Shown here: in pieces, positions 37,379 to 46,857 of the stretch | Numbering within the stretch: position 1 is the stretch's first letter | Layout of the letters: every line of letters begins with the position of its first letter | NCBI GenBank assembly: GCA_038046685.1 | Contig: JBBSVT010000007.1 | Coordinates: 1 to 59,043 of the forward strand | Reading direction: 5' to 3' | DNA length: 59,043 nt | From: Nanobdellota archaeon | Lineage (GTDB): Archaea; Nanobdellota; Nanobdellia; Woesearchaeales; GW2011-AR4 | Program-made: the position numbers and the translations under genes | Notes under the pieces: generated by a model | Told to the model about the DNA's origin: nothing | What the model saw: the letters and a program-made list of their open reading frames with translations, nothing else | The model's database searches: none

Positions 37379-38917
37379 TCAGCACGCATAAGTCCTTTCC
37401 TTAACCCCTTTTCTGAAATTTTCCCAAGCTTTCTGATACAACTTCCTGCCCCAGGGCGTCGGGTAGTCTCCTGTAAGGCACGCCATGCAAAGATCTTTTG
37501 CCGGCTTATCAATACTTCGTATCAAGCCTTGAATGCTTTGGTACTTTAGGGAATCAGCGCCAAGGTCTTTAGCTATTCTGGCAATGATTTCTTTTGAGAC
37601 CTCGCCCTTTTTAGGCTCGCCTTCGTACTTCGGCACTAATAATTCAGCGACAGTTGACATGTCAATACCGTAAAAGCAAGGACCTCTTATAGGCGGACAA
37701 GAAACGCGGACATGCACTTCTTTTGCCCCGCCTACTTTCTTGATGTAATTTATCAGCTGCTTAGTTGTTGAGCCACGAACTATGCTGTCATCTACAACTA
37801 TCACCTTTTTATCCTTTAATATTTCCTTTAATGCGGTGTATTTATTCTGTACCCTGTCCTCTCTAGATGAGCCTTCAATAAATGTTCTTCCCACAAACCT
37901 GTTTCTTATAAGACCTTCTGAAGATGGGGCATTTAACTCATAAGCCATTGCATCGCCTGCGGCTTTTGCGGTATCAGGCACAGGCACCACAATATGCTCT
38001 TTGTCAATCTTTTCAGTTTCAAGCTTTGCTAATTCATTCCCAAGATTTTTTCGGGTGATATAAACAGACCTGCCATTTAAGACAGAGCTGACATTTGCAA
38101 AATAAACCCACTCAAACATGCAATGCGCTTTTCTTGGAGTTTCAGCATATTTCTTAACTTCAATGTGCCCGTTTTTAACATAAATTAAATGCCCGGGCTC
38201 CAGATGCTTATACTCGGTCACACCGCAATTGATTAGGGCATTTGATTCAGAAGCAGCTAGGAACATGTCATCTTTCCATCCATAAACTACTGGGCGGAAA
38301 CCATACGGATCACGAAGAATCACCATTTCGCCAAAAGCGTTGATAAAAGCGATATTAAAGCAGCCATCAAGCTTTTGAGCCAGCCTTGAAAAAGCCTTAA
38401 CAAGATTTGGCTTTTTTGAGCTCCTCAATTCCCGAGAAATATAATGCATCAGGATTTCTGTATCAGTATTATGAACAATATGGTAATCACTTTTTTCCAT
38501 GAGGTGCTGCCTAAGCTCAGTATAATTAGCTAAATTCCCGTTCCAGCAAAAAGAGAACCATTTCCATTTTCTGCCATGATGCCTTTCAAATGGCTGAGCT
38601 GAGCTTCTTGCTTCACTGCCTGATGTTGCGTATCTAACATGGCCAATTCCTTTGTTGCCTGCATATCTTTTGAATATTTCCAAGCTTTGCTGCCTGTCGC
38701 TTGTCTTGAAGACTTCATTGACAGGACCAAGTTCTTTATAAGTGTCGAGAATCTGCATTCTGCCAGGATTGAAGGTTGTAAATCCAGCGCTCAATTGACC
38801 GCGATTTTGCTGGTTGAGAAGAAGTTTGTAGAGATAGAACAATGCTCTGTTAGATGAATCACCATTTTCCTTGATGTAAACTGCCGCTATGGCACAATTA
38901 TGCATTGCCTCTGACAT
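37379..38917 (-). CDS. purF: amidophosphoribosyltransferase
   Basis: A short propeptide precedes the Ntn Cys (MSEAMHNCAI...). GHVRYATSG and the PRTase motif VIVVDDSIVRGSTT are present, with C-terminal Cys residues. Confidence 0.95.
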   Translation of the reverse strand: MSEAMHNCAIAAVYIKENGDSSNRALFYLYKLLLNQQNRGQLSAGFTTFNPGRMQILDTYKELGPVNEVFKTSDRQQSLEIFKRYAGNKGIGHVRYATSGSEARSSAQPFERHHGRKWKWFSFCWNGNLANYTELRQHLMEKSDYHIVHNTDTEILMHYISRELRSSKKPNLVKAFSRLAQKLDGCFNIAFINAFGEMVILRDPYGFRPVVYGWKDDMFLAASESNALINCGVTEYKHLEPGHLIYVKNGHIEVKKYAETPRKAHCMFEWVYFANVSSVLNGRSVYITRKNLGNELAKLETEKIDKEHIVVPVPDTAKAAGDAMAYELNAPSSEGLIRNRFVGRTFIEGSSREDRVQNKYTALKEILKDKKVIVVDDSIVRGSTTKQLINYIKKVGGAKEVHVRVSCPPIRGPCFYGIDMSTVAELLVPKYEGEPKKGEVSKEIIARIAKDLGADSLKYQSIQGLIRSIDKPAKDLCMACLTGDYPTPWGRKLYQKAWENFRKGVKERTYAC

Positions 38918-39064
38918 CTTACCCCCCTAAATTGCATTAATCCAGTTTTATATAAATGTTTCGTATTTAGATGAAATCTTTATAATCTATATAAAAATTG
39001 GATTATTTCTACCATAGAAATCTTGGCTTTTAGCTTATTCCGCAAGGAACTCACAAATATCTTT

Positions 39065-39211
39065 TTATTTGTACCTTAAATCATCTCTAAAATCCAGCAA
39101 GTCTAGCAATTCAAAGAAGCTAGACTTTTTACCTGATTCCTTTTTCCTTTCACCTTCTGAATCTACAAATTTTGCTAAATCGCTTTTATCCATTTTTATA
39201 CCGCCAATCAT
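39065..39211 (-). CDS. possible 48-aa protein with an acidic/hydrophobic C-terminal motif; not in the ORF track
   Basis: The reverse-strand ORF reads MIGGIKMDKSDLAKFVDSEGERKKESGKKSSFFELLDLLDFRDDLRYK. The opposite-strand 82-aa track ORF is Ser/Leu-rich low complexity. Confidence 0.3.
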   Translation of the reverse strand: MIGGIKMDKSDLAKFVDSEGERKKESGKKSSFFELLDLLDFRDDLRYK

Positions 39212-39436
39212 TTGTCCAGCATCTCACCTTTATTGTATTATTGCGCATAAACTTCTTTTTAGAAGATCACCTGTTGATTTTAATAAATACTTTTATTTTT
39301 ATATACTTTATGCTTAAATTTTATAAATGATATAAACTTTATATAAAAAAGAAAAATTTATATAGAAGTTTAAGCCACCATTAAAACACTATACGGACTA
39401 AAATGGTTTTATAAGTTATATTATATTAAAATTGGG

Positions 39437-40351
39437 GTGGTAATTATTAAACGAAAAGTAATACAGATAGCTAATTCTACACAGCTAATTTCACTGCCTA
39501 GAAAGTGGAGCCAGAAATATGGGATTAAAAAGGGCGATGAGCTGGAGGTGGAGGAAAGAGGAGGTGATCTCCGCATTATTACTCATAAAGATATTTCATC
39601 AAGCAAAACCGAGATAGATTTTAAGGGAAAAGAATTGTTAATTCATAGAGCCTTGTCTTCCCTATATAAAGCTGGTTATGACGAAATAAAAATTATGTTT
39701 GAAAAACATTCAGAGTTAGAAATTATTCAATCTACAATTAATCAAGAGCTTATTGGCTTTGAAATTGTGGAAGAAGGCAGAGAACACATTATTGCAAGGC
39801 AAGTATCAAATATAGACCATTCAGAATTTAGTTCCATGCTAAGAAGAACATTTGTTTTCTTAATTTCTACATCTAACGAATGTCTTGATGCTTTGAAAAC
39901 AAACAATACCAATATTTTAAGAAATCTTATTTTTAGAGATATAACAATAAACAAATTAACCGATTACTGCAGAAGAGCGATCAATAAAAAAGAAGGTTAT
40001 TTCAAACATGTGGGAGCTGGCTTTACAATTATTGAAATTTTGGAAAAAATTGGAGATGGTTATAGAGACCTATGTAAATACATTTCCCAAAATAAATTAA
40101 AAATTAGCAAATCAACCATAGAAGTCTTGTCTAAAATAAATTTTTTATTAAATGATATTTATAAGCTTTTTTATGATTTTAATTTGAAAGATATGGAAAA
40201 CTATTTTATTAGGAAGAGGGAAATAGATAATTCAATATTACAATTAACTAAGAATGTAACAAAAATGGAAGTACCAATAGTTCTTCACTTAAATATTATT
40301 CTTAGAAATATTTTTGATTTAAATGGACCTTTGATGATTAATGCGCTATAA
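39437..40351 (+). CDS. AbrB-domain / PhoU-like phosphate uptake regulator homologue (archaeal type)
   Basis: The N-terminus has SpoVT/AbrB (VIQIANSTQLISLPRKWSQKYGIKKGDELEV). It is followed by a helical PhoU-like repeat region. The start is GTG. Confidence 0.65.
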   Translation: MVIIKRKVIQIANSTQLISLPRKWSQKYGIKKGDELEVEERGGDLRIITHKDISSSKTEIDFKGKELLIHRALSSLYKAGYDEIKIMFEKHSELEIIQSTINQELIGFEIVEEGREHIIARQVSNIDHSEFSSMLRRTFVFLISTSNECLDALKTNNTNILRNLIFRDITINKLTDYCRRAINKKEGYFKHVGAGFTIIEILEKIGDGYRDLCKYISQNKLKISKSTIEVLSKINFLLNDIYKLFYDFNLKDMENYFIRKREIDNSILQLTKNVTKMEVPIVLHLNIILRNIFDLNGPLMINAL

Positions 40352-41731
40352 TCACTTTGAAGAGAAATATTGATTATCTGCAAGTTGTTTGAAGATGTCA
40401 TATAATCTACCCGCTGCAACTTGGGCATAGCGACCATTTTTTGGCAACGTTTCTTTCAACTGTCCAAGAAGTATGATAATTTGGCTTAGATGTTCTCTCT
40501 GCTCGATTGCGTTTTGGACAACCGGATTTTCAATTTCAAATCTATAACCCTCACTCAACAAAATTTCACCCACTGCCCTGAATTTAGACTTGTGAGCTAA
40601 CCACGCAAAATGTCTTTCAAGCTGGGCATATGGCCATGTTGCTACAAATTTTTCCCTTCGTTCCCTACCCTTTTCTACGCTGTTTTCGGGTAAAAACCTA
40701 AAGAATTCATCTTGAGTTGATAAGTCATAATTTCCACCTGCATACATTCCTGAAACATATGTAGCTATTCTTTTTGCCTTTTCTTCTGCTCCTTGGATCA
40801 TTGCATTGACAAATTCTATTTCCAGCAGGTACCTATCCAAAATTTTCATTTGGTTATCATGACTTAAATAGGGTTTTTCATCTTTGTTAACACCAAACGA
40901 CATCAAGCTTGCTAAACTTAATTGAACTGGAGCTATTATCCTATCTTCCAAGTCAAAACTGACAATGGTTTTTTGAGCAGAATCCAAAATATGATTTTTT
41001 GGATTGCCATCGTAATAGAAACCAGTATATCCCTCTCGGTGGGCTCTAACTAAATTTGATGCGACCAAAGTTTCCCAATGTAATTTCATCTCATCTTGCA
41101 TTGAAGGTTGTAGTTGAATTCCGCTATTCCTCATCAATGTATCTAAATATTTTTCTTGAAACCTACTTAAAAAATAAGATGTTTGAGGTTTTGCTCTCCA
41201 TACAACATCTTCTAATCCCAATCTATCTTTGGAGTTTTTGCCCTCTTGCTGAATTCTTGCAATTTGAGCGGCCACTAATAAGAAATCTTCAAATGAGGCA
41301 ATACCCTTTATCATTTTAGCATACAGTTGTTCACCGGGAATTGCGCTCCAGACAGATATAGCGACACCGTTTTGTTCTTTAGTAGCTGATTCCCTCCTTG
41401 AGTCCAATATCTCTGGTGTTTGAGGCAAACCCAAATAGGGTACATCTGCACCTCCGACCTCTCTAATAATTTCCCTATACAATGGAGTTCTAGCAGCATT
41501 AATTTCGTTAAATGTTGCAAGATTTCGGAGTTCTGTCGTTCTCCTCTCTCCCTCTTTATAAAACTTAGCTACAATTGATCCTCGCTCAGTTCGAGCAACT
41601 AAATGTCTTGAAGGCCCATAAAAAACAGATTCGCCAGTGGAGGTGCCTGCTAACTCACTCATTAATTTTATAATTCTCCCCACTCTTCTAGCTTCTTTCA
41701 CTAACTCTTGTTCTTCTATTGTTGCAGTCAT
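40352..41731 (-). CDS. protein-kinase-like fold protein (APH/choline-kinase-like)
   Basis: IVAKFYKEG contains the ATP-binding Lys. FYYDGNPKNHIL (D-x4-N catalytic-loop-like) and VSFDLED (DFG-equivalent) are also present. The composition is Arg-rich, unlike the neighbours. Confidence 0.4.
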   Translation of the reverse strand: MTATIEEQELVKEARRVGRIIKLMSELAGTSTGESVFYGPSRHLVARTERGSIVAKFYKEGERRTTELRNLATFNEINAARTPLYREIIREVGGADVPYLGLPQTPEILDSRRESATKEQNGVAISVWSAIPGEQLYAKMIKGIASFEDFLLVAAQIARIQQEGKNSKDRLGLEDVVWRAKPQTSYFLSRFQEKYLDTLMRNSGIQLQPSMQDEMKLHWETLVASNLVRAHREGYTGFYYDGNPKNHILDSAQKTIVSFDLEDRIIAPVQLSLASLMSFGVNKDEKPYLSHDNQMKILDRYLLEIEFVNAMIQGAEEKAKRIATYVSGMYAGGNYDLSTQDEFFRFLPENSVEKGRERREKFVATWPYAQLERHFAWLAHKSKFRAVGEILLSEGYRFEIENPVVQNAIEQREHLSQIIILLGQLKETLPKNGRYAQVAAGRLYDIFKQLADNQYFSSK

Positions 41732-42023
41732 CTCTTACTATTAGCACGTTTAATAATTAAAACACTTCAGTCCAAAAACTTACCCAAATTCAATTTCAAT
41801 ATCTCTTTTTTATCCTTAATAAGCCAATATCTTATTTAAATCTATCGCCTTTATCAGAGATTCCGAAAGTCGTCAGAACAAACAGCATAAAAATCAATAT
41901 CCTGATAATTAATAACACCGATAACGATTGAACATTAACTAAAAAACAATAAAATAAACAAAACCTATTAAAAAATAATCAAAAAAATTATAAACAGTTA
42001 TAAAAGTCATTTTTAAAGTGATT

Positions 42024-43352
42024 ATGATGAAAGTCTTGTTGATAGGCAACGGCGCTCGTGAGCATGTCATAGCTGAAACTTTGAAGAAAAACAAAGAAAC
42101 AATTCTTTATTCTTACCTAAAATCAAAAAATCCAGGCATTATTTCATTGTCAGAAGAGTTTGAAGTCGGAAATTATAATGAACTAGAGAAGATAGAAAAT
42201 TATGCCAAAAAAATAAAGCCGGATTTTGCCTTTATCGGGCCTGAAGAGCCATTAAACAATAGAGTTGTAGATTTACTGCAGAGAATAGGTATTGAATCAA
42301 TAGGCCCAACCAAAAGTCTTGCACGCCTTGAATCAAGCAAATCATTTACAAGGCATCTGCTGAAAAAATACAAAATAAAAGGAAATCCAGAATTTGAGAT
42401 TATTGATAAAAATAACATAGATAGGGCAGAGAGATTCATCAAAGATTTAAAGCTATGCGTAATTAAGCCAGATGGGTTGACAGGAGGCAAGGGTGTTAAG
42501 GTTCAAGGGGATCACTTCACAACAAAAGAAGAGGCTCTGGAATATTGCAATGAAGTTTTGCAGGAGCATCAAAGGGTTATTGTTGAAGAAAAGTTGGATG
42601 GGGAGGAATTTTCCCTTCAGTGCCTGACAGACGGCAAAACGGTTGCAGCAATGCCTCCTGTTCAAGACCACAAAAGGGCTTATGTTGGTGACACAGGACC
42701 AAACACAGGAGGAATGGGTTCTTACTCGTGCGAGAATCATTTGCTTCCATTCTTGACAAAAAAGGACATTGATGAAGGACTAAGAATCACACAAAAAGTT
42801 GCTGAAGCAATTCATGATGAAACCGGCCAATTTTACAAAGGAATCATGTACGCTGGTCTGATGATCACGAAAGATGGGGTAAAATTGCTTGAGTATAACG
42901 CAAGATTTGGAGACCCAGAAGCGATGAATGTGCTGCCATTATTAGAAACTGACCTGGTTGAGCTTTGCACTGCAATAATCCACCAGAGTCTTCATAAAAT
43001 AAAGATAAGCTTCCAAAATAAAGCAACAGTGTGCAAGTATATTGTGCCAAAAGGCTATCCTGATAACCCTGTCAAAAATAAGAAAATTGAAATTGAGAAT
43101 ATTCCGCAAGATGCTAAATTGTATTATGGGGCTGTTGACAAGATGAATGATGGATTGTATATTACGGCTTCAAGAGCAATTGGATGCTTAGGCATTTCTG
43201 ATAGTCTAGTAAAAGCGGAAAAAATCGCTGAAAAGGCGGCAAATTCAATAAAAGGCCCAGTATTCCACAGAGAAGATATTGGCACTAGAAATTTGATTGA
43301 CAAAAGGATTATGCATATTAAAAAAATTCATAATTTAAATCAAAAAATTTAA
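42024..43352 (+). CDS. purD: phosphoribosylamine-glycine ligase
   Basis: KVLLIGNGAREHV, VIKPDGLTGGKGV, VEEKLDGEEFS and LEYNARFGDPE are present. Confidence 0.95.
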   Translation: MMKVLLIGNGAREHVIAETLKKNKETILYSYLKSKNPGIISLSEEFEVGNYNELEKIENYAKKIKPDFAFIGPEEPLNNRVVDLLQRIGIESIGPTKSLARLESSKSFTRHLLKKYKIKGNPEFEIIDKNNIDRAERFIKDLKLCVIKPDGLTGGKGVKVQGDHFTTKEEALEYCNEVLQEHQRVIVEEKLDGEEFSLQCLTDGKTVAAMPPVQDHKRAYVGDTGPNTGGMGSYSCENHLLPFLTKKDIDEGLRITQKVAEAIHDETGQFYKGIMYAGLMITKDGVKLLEYNARFGDPEAMNVLPLLETDLVELCTAIIHQSLHKIKISFQNKATVCKYIVPKGYPDNPVKNKKIEIENIPQDAKLYYGAVDKMNDGLYITASRAIGCLGISDSLVKAEKIAEKAANSIKGPVFHREDIGTRNLIDKRIMHIKKIHNLNQKI

Positions 43353-43377
43353 ATATACCTGATTAAATTGGATTTCC

Positions 43378-44076
43378 ATGAGGAAAAAAAGAGGTAAGTC
43401 TAAAGCTAGTTCTAAAAAACATATTATCAAATCTGAAGTAACATCAAAAGAATTACAAAAACCACCAGAAGCCCAAAAACCAATCAAAGAGGCATTGCAT
43501 GAGCTTGAAATTCTTTCCGAGGAAAAGAATGTAAAAACCAAAGTTGAAGACATTGAGAAAAAGGAGGAAGAGATTGAGAAAAAAGAAACTGAAATTATCA
43601 CGGAAGAGAAAAAAATTGAATTGGAAGAAAAGAAAGTTGAAAAGCTCGAAGAAGAAATCAAAAATGAAGTTATGACAAAACCGTTGAAAAAAATCAGCCT
43701 GAAGGATATAAATAAAGGGATTATTGGGGCTTTTATCGGAGTAGTTGCCCACTTTGGGTTTATTTACGGAAAAACAATTGCAAAATATATATCTGTTCCA
43801 AGGGCGTCTCTTTTATTCATGTTTTCTTACCTGGTGATTCTCATTTTAATGTACGAAACCGGCTACAGAGAAATCAAAGAGAAAAGACTGCTTGGAATTT
43901 TACCTCGAAGGGCAACAATAATATACTTTACTTCATTATTCGTTGTTGTCATTATCTTCTTTTTGTTTAACTTGATTGACTTGTCTGATATTTCCGGACT
44001 ATACAAGGAGATTGCCGTAACTTCGGTTCTTGCATCGGTAGGGGCAGGCACAGCGGATTTGATAGGCAAGGATTAG
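43378..44076 (+). CDS. membrane protein with a K/E-rich N-terminal region
   Basis: The 232-aa ORF has about 100 aa of charged low-complexity sequence followed by 4 TM segments. It possibly resembles DUF2391, but this is unverified. Confidence 0.5.
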   Translation: MRKKRGKSKASSKKHIIKSEVTSKELQKPPEAQKPIKEALHELEILSEEKNVKTKVEDIEKKEEEIEKKETEIITEEKKIELEEKKVEKLEEEIKNEVMTKPLKKISLKDINKGIIGAFIGVVAHFGFIYGKTIAKYISVPRASLLFMFSYLVILILMYETGYREIKEKRLLGILPRRATIIYFTSLFVVVIIFFLFNLIDLSDISGLYKEIAVTSVLASVGAGTADLIGKD

Positions 44077-44112
44077 AAAGATTTTTATTGATTTGTTATA
44101 CTTTGGTTCCAC

Positions 44113-44832
44113 ATGAAAAAGGAACTGCTTTATCGTGAACTTGCAAAATATTATGATTTAATCTATTCATTTAAGGATTATAAGAAAGACGCCAAAAGAA
44201 TTCTAAAACTAATTTCTAGATATAAAAAATCCAAAGGTAAAGATCTACTCGATGTGGCATGCGGTACTGGACAGCATTTAAATTATTTGAGAAAAAAATT
44301 TTCATGTACTGGAATGGATATCAATAGCCAAATGCTTAGAATTGCGAAAAATAGACTAAAAAATATGATTATAATTAAAGCCAACATGACTAATTTTGAA
44401 TTTAACAAAAAATTTGACGTCATAACCTGTTTGTTCAGTTCAATTGGATACGCTAAGACCCATACACAATTAATAAGAACGATTAATAATCTTTCTAGGC
44501 ATTTAAAAAAAGGAGGTATAGTCATTATTGATGGATGGATTAAGCCTGAACTATTCAATGTGGGTTTCTTGCATTTAGATACATACAATTCAGATAAGCT
44601 GAAGATAGTTAGAATGGGCATATCTAGAAGAAAAGGAAACAAATCAATCCTTGAGATGAATTATTTAATTGGAGAGGGAAAAAGAATAAAACATTTCAAG
44701 GACTTGCATGAACTTGGACTTTTTGAAGTCAGTAAATTTTTAAAAATCATGAAAAATGCCGGGTTAAGAGCTATCTTCCTCAAGAAAGGATTTTTGGAAG
44801 ACCGAGGCGTTTATGTGGGGGTTAAATCCTAA
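44113..44832 (+). CDS. class I SAM-dependent methyltransferase
   Basis: Motif I is LLDVACGTGQH, with a DVITCLFSS post-I/II pattern. Confidence 0.75.
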   Translation: MKKELLYRELAKYYDLIYSFKDYKKDAKRILKLISRYKKSKGKDLLDVACGTGQHLNYLRKKFSCTGMDINSQMLRIAKNRLKNMIIIKANMTNFEFNKKFDVITCLFSSIGYAKTHTQLIRTINNLSRHLKKGGIVIIDGWIKPELFNVGFLHLDTYNSDKLKIVRMGISRRKGNKSILEMNYLIGEGKRIKHFKDLHELGLFEVSKFLKIMKNAGLRAIFLKKGFLEDRGVYVGVKS

Positions 44833-44835
44833 AAA

Positions 44836-45402
44836 ATGAAAAACCAACTAAAACAATCAATTCTTGAAAAACGCAATTCTTTGTCAAAAGAAGAAATTTT
44901 AGAAAAAAGTGATAAAATAAAAGATAGTTTATTCAATCTTAATCAATACAAAAAATCAAAAACAGTTATGTTCTTTGTTTCTTTTAACAGCGAAATCAAT
45001 ACGCATGAGATGATAAAGAAATCTTTGAAGGACAAAACTGTTATTGTGCCAAAAGTTGCACATAATGAAATTGAGCCTTCTATTATCATTGATTTAGATA
45101 ATTTGATCCCTCACGGAAAATTTAAAGTTCTTGAACCAATTGAAGCAATGAAAATAGCAAATAAGCATATAAATCTGATTTTAGTCCCCGGAATTGTTTT
45201 TGATAAAGAAGGGCACAGGCTTGGATACGGACTTGGGTATTATGATAAATTCCTTGCAAAAGTTCCAAATGCAGTTAAGATAGGTTTGGCATTCGATTTC
45301 CAGATAGTGGACAAACTGCCAAGGGAGATGCATGACGTTCCTGTTGATTTGATTGTGACTGATGAGAGAGTAATTGAATGCAGGCAGGAAAATCACGGTT
45401 GA
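44836..45402 (+). CDS. 5-formyltetrahydrofolate cyclo-ligase
   Basis: LILVPGIVFDKEGHRLGYGLGYYDKFL is the family signature. Confidence 0.85.
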   Translation: MKNQLKQSILEKRNSLSKEEILEKSDKIKDSLFNLNQYKKSKTVMFFVSFNSEINTHEMIKKSLKDKTVIVPKVAHNEIEPSIIIDLDNLIPHGKFKVLEPIEAMKIANKHINLILVPGIVFDKEGHRLGYGLGYYDKFLAKVPNAVKIGLAFDFQIVDKLPREMHDVPVDLIVTDERVIECRQENHG

Positions 45403-45487
45403 ATTTATACAGTGTCAGGCAATAAAAATGCTATGATTGCTTAAGAGAATAAGAAGATTTATAGGGTTGATAATTAAAACTAACAAA

Positions 45488-45856
45488 ATGCAAAAAAAGA
45501 GGCTTTTGGTATTTCTGGCAATTTTCGCTATAGCTGTTTACGGATGTGCTCAGCAGTCTTTACAGAATGAAAAAATAGTACAAACACAGCAGCAGGTTGA
45601 GCAACAACAACAAGAAATACAGCCTCCGCCAGAATGTGTAGGCAAAAAAGCTACTGACATTAATTTGCCGCAATCCTGCAAGAATTGGTTTTCTAGGCAG
45701 ATTTCTCAAGGGCAACCTACCCAAGATTCTGGAAACAAATGCCCTGACAGAGTATGCGATGATTTTGAGGTATTCTTTGAAACAGAATATGCAATGTCCT
45801 TACCAATTTCAGTTAAAACAAAGATGCTACCTACTTTCTTAACAACCCCTAGTTGA
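45488..45856 (+). CDS. small lipoprotein; the 3' end is uncertain because it runs into a convergent ORF
   Basis: MQKKRLLVFLAIFAIAVYGCAQ is a lipobox, followed by a Q-rich linker and a Cys-containing segment (CVGK...CKNW...CPDRVCDDFE). The last roughly 150 nt overlap the minus-strand ORF 45706-45960. Confidence 0.45.
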   Translation: MQKKRLLVFLAIFAIAVYGCAQQSLQNEKIVQTQQQVEQQQQEIQPPPECVGKKATDINLPQSCKNWFSRQISQGQPTQDSGNKCPDRVCDDFEVFFETEYAMSLPISVKTKMLPTFLTTPS

Positions 45857-46098
45857 ACCATTTCTTCCATTTCAGCATCTGCTAATTCTGAGTGCGGCCC
45901 GAAAAAATAAGCATCAAAGCCGGCTTCTTCTTCCAATTCCTTATTGTTTTTTGACAACAAAAATAATTATTTTTGATACCACAACTTTCCGTTTATTGGG
46001 GTGCAAGAGTTAGCACTAAGCAAAAGCAGCAGATTTTTCTTAACTTCGCTTAAATTATCCAATAATTGCTTTTTTATGTCCATGTTTATAAAAGCCAT
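45706..46098 (-). pseudogene. Panacea (DUF4065/SocA)-like or wHTH gene interrupted by an in-frame TAA
   Basis: The ATG at 46098 opens MAFINMDIKKQLLDNLSEVKKNLLLLLSANSCTPINGKLWYQK. A TAA at 45967-45969 follows. The same frame then continues LFLLSKNNKELEEEAGFDAYFFGPHSELADAEMEEMVQLGVVKKVGSIFVLTEIG (track ORF 45706-45960). The KL..K.L.L and F.AY..GP.S blocks resemble Panacea-domain antitoxins. Confidence 0.35.
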
Positions 46099-46192
46099 AA
46101 TCGGCAGTCTGTTTTTAGGGTTTAAATAATTCACCCGCAAATGTCCAGTGGTATGCCATTATTTTCTATATGGAATTTAAATATTGTGATGT

Positions 46193-46852
46193 TTAATAGG
46201 GTATTTTCCTCCATTTGCAAAAATCACACTCTTTTGTGCAATTTGGCATATCTTCTTCTAAGATTTTTAAGGCATTTTTTATTATTTTTTCAGCATTGCT
46301 TATTGAAATGCCCATTTTAATTAAGTCTGTATGGAAAATAATTTCGCCTTCTGCATTTACCTTATCAGGATGGTAAAACAATAAGTAAGAGTAATTTTCA
46401 GTTTCATAGTCATTTTTTCTTAATAAAAAGTTGTAAATATCTAATTGGTCTTGATAATGGTTCGCAGTATCCTCTTTTAATGGATAGCCTCTCGTTTTGT
46501 AATCCAACACTATCAGTTTATCGCCCTTTTGCAATATATTATCAATTGCTCCCCTGAAAAGATTGCCATTTTCATCATTCCATGTTATTCCTTTAAGATT
46601 GTTTCTCCAAACTTTTAATAACTCAATATTATCAAATAGTTTTACATGTCCATTTAATTTTTCAAGCTCAGGCGGTAATAATCCCTTGTCTCTAAATGAA
46701 TCAAAATGAACTTTTAATATTCTATCCATTCCAGAAGGCAAAGAAGGAAAAATTGAATCTGGCCTTTTGATGCTCTTATTGAAATGAAGCCAGAAGCATC
46801 TAGGGCACTCCTTCAAAAGACTCAAACTTGATGGGCTGAATTTGTATGGCAT
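46193..46852 (-). CDS. Cas4/RecB-like PD-(D/E)xK nuclease with predicted Fe-S cysteines
   Basis: The 219-aa ORF has N-terminal SLSLLKECPRCFWL, GAIDNIL...LIVLDYKT (D...D-x-K), a RecB-type QLDIY motif and a C-terminal CTKECDFC cluster. Confidence 0.65.
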   Translation of the reverse strand: MPYKFSPSSLSLLKECPRCFWLHFNKSIKRPDSIFPSLPSGMDRILKVHFDSFRDKGLLPPELEKLNGHVKLFDNIELLKVWRNNLKGITWNDENGNLFRGAIDNILQKGDKLIVLDYKTRGYPLKEDTANHYQDQLDIYNFLLRKNDYETENYSYLLFYHPDKVNAEGEIIFHTDLIKMGISISNAEKIIKNALKILEEDMPNCTKECDFCKWRKIPY

Positions 46853-46857
46853 TTTGT

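Noticed and set aside
39069-39317. 82-aa plus-strand ORF in the purF/phoU gap
   Set aside because: It uses a TTG start and has Ser/Leu/Phe-rich low complexity. It lies opposite a more protein-like small ORF on the minus strand.
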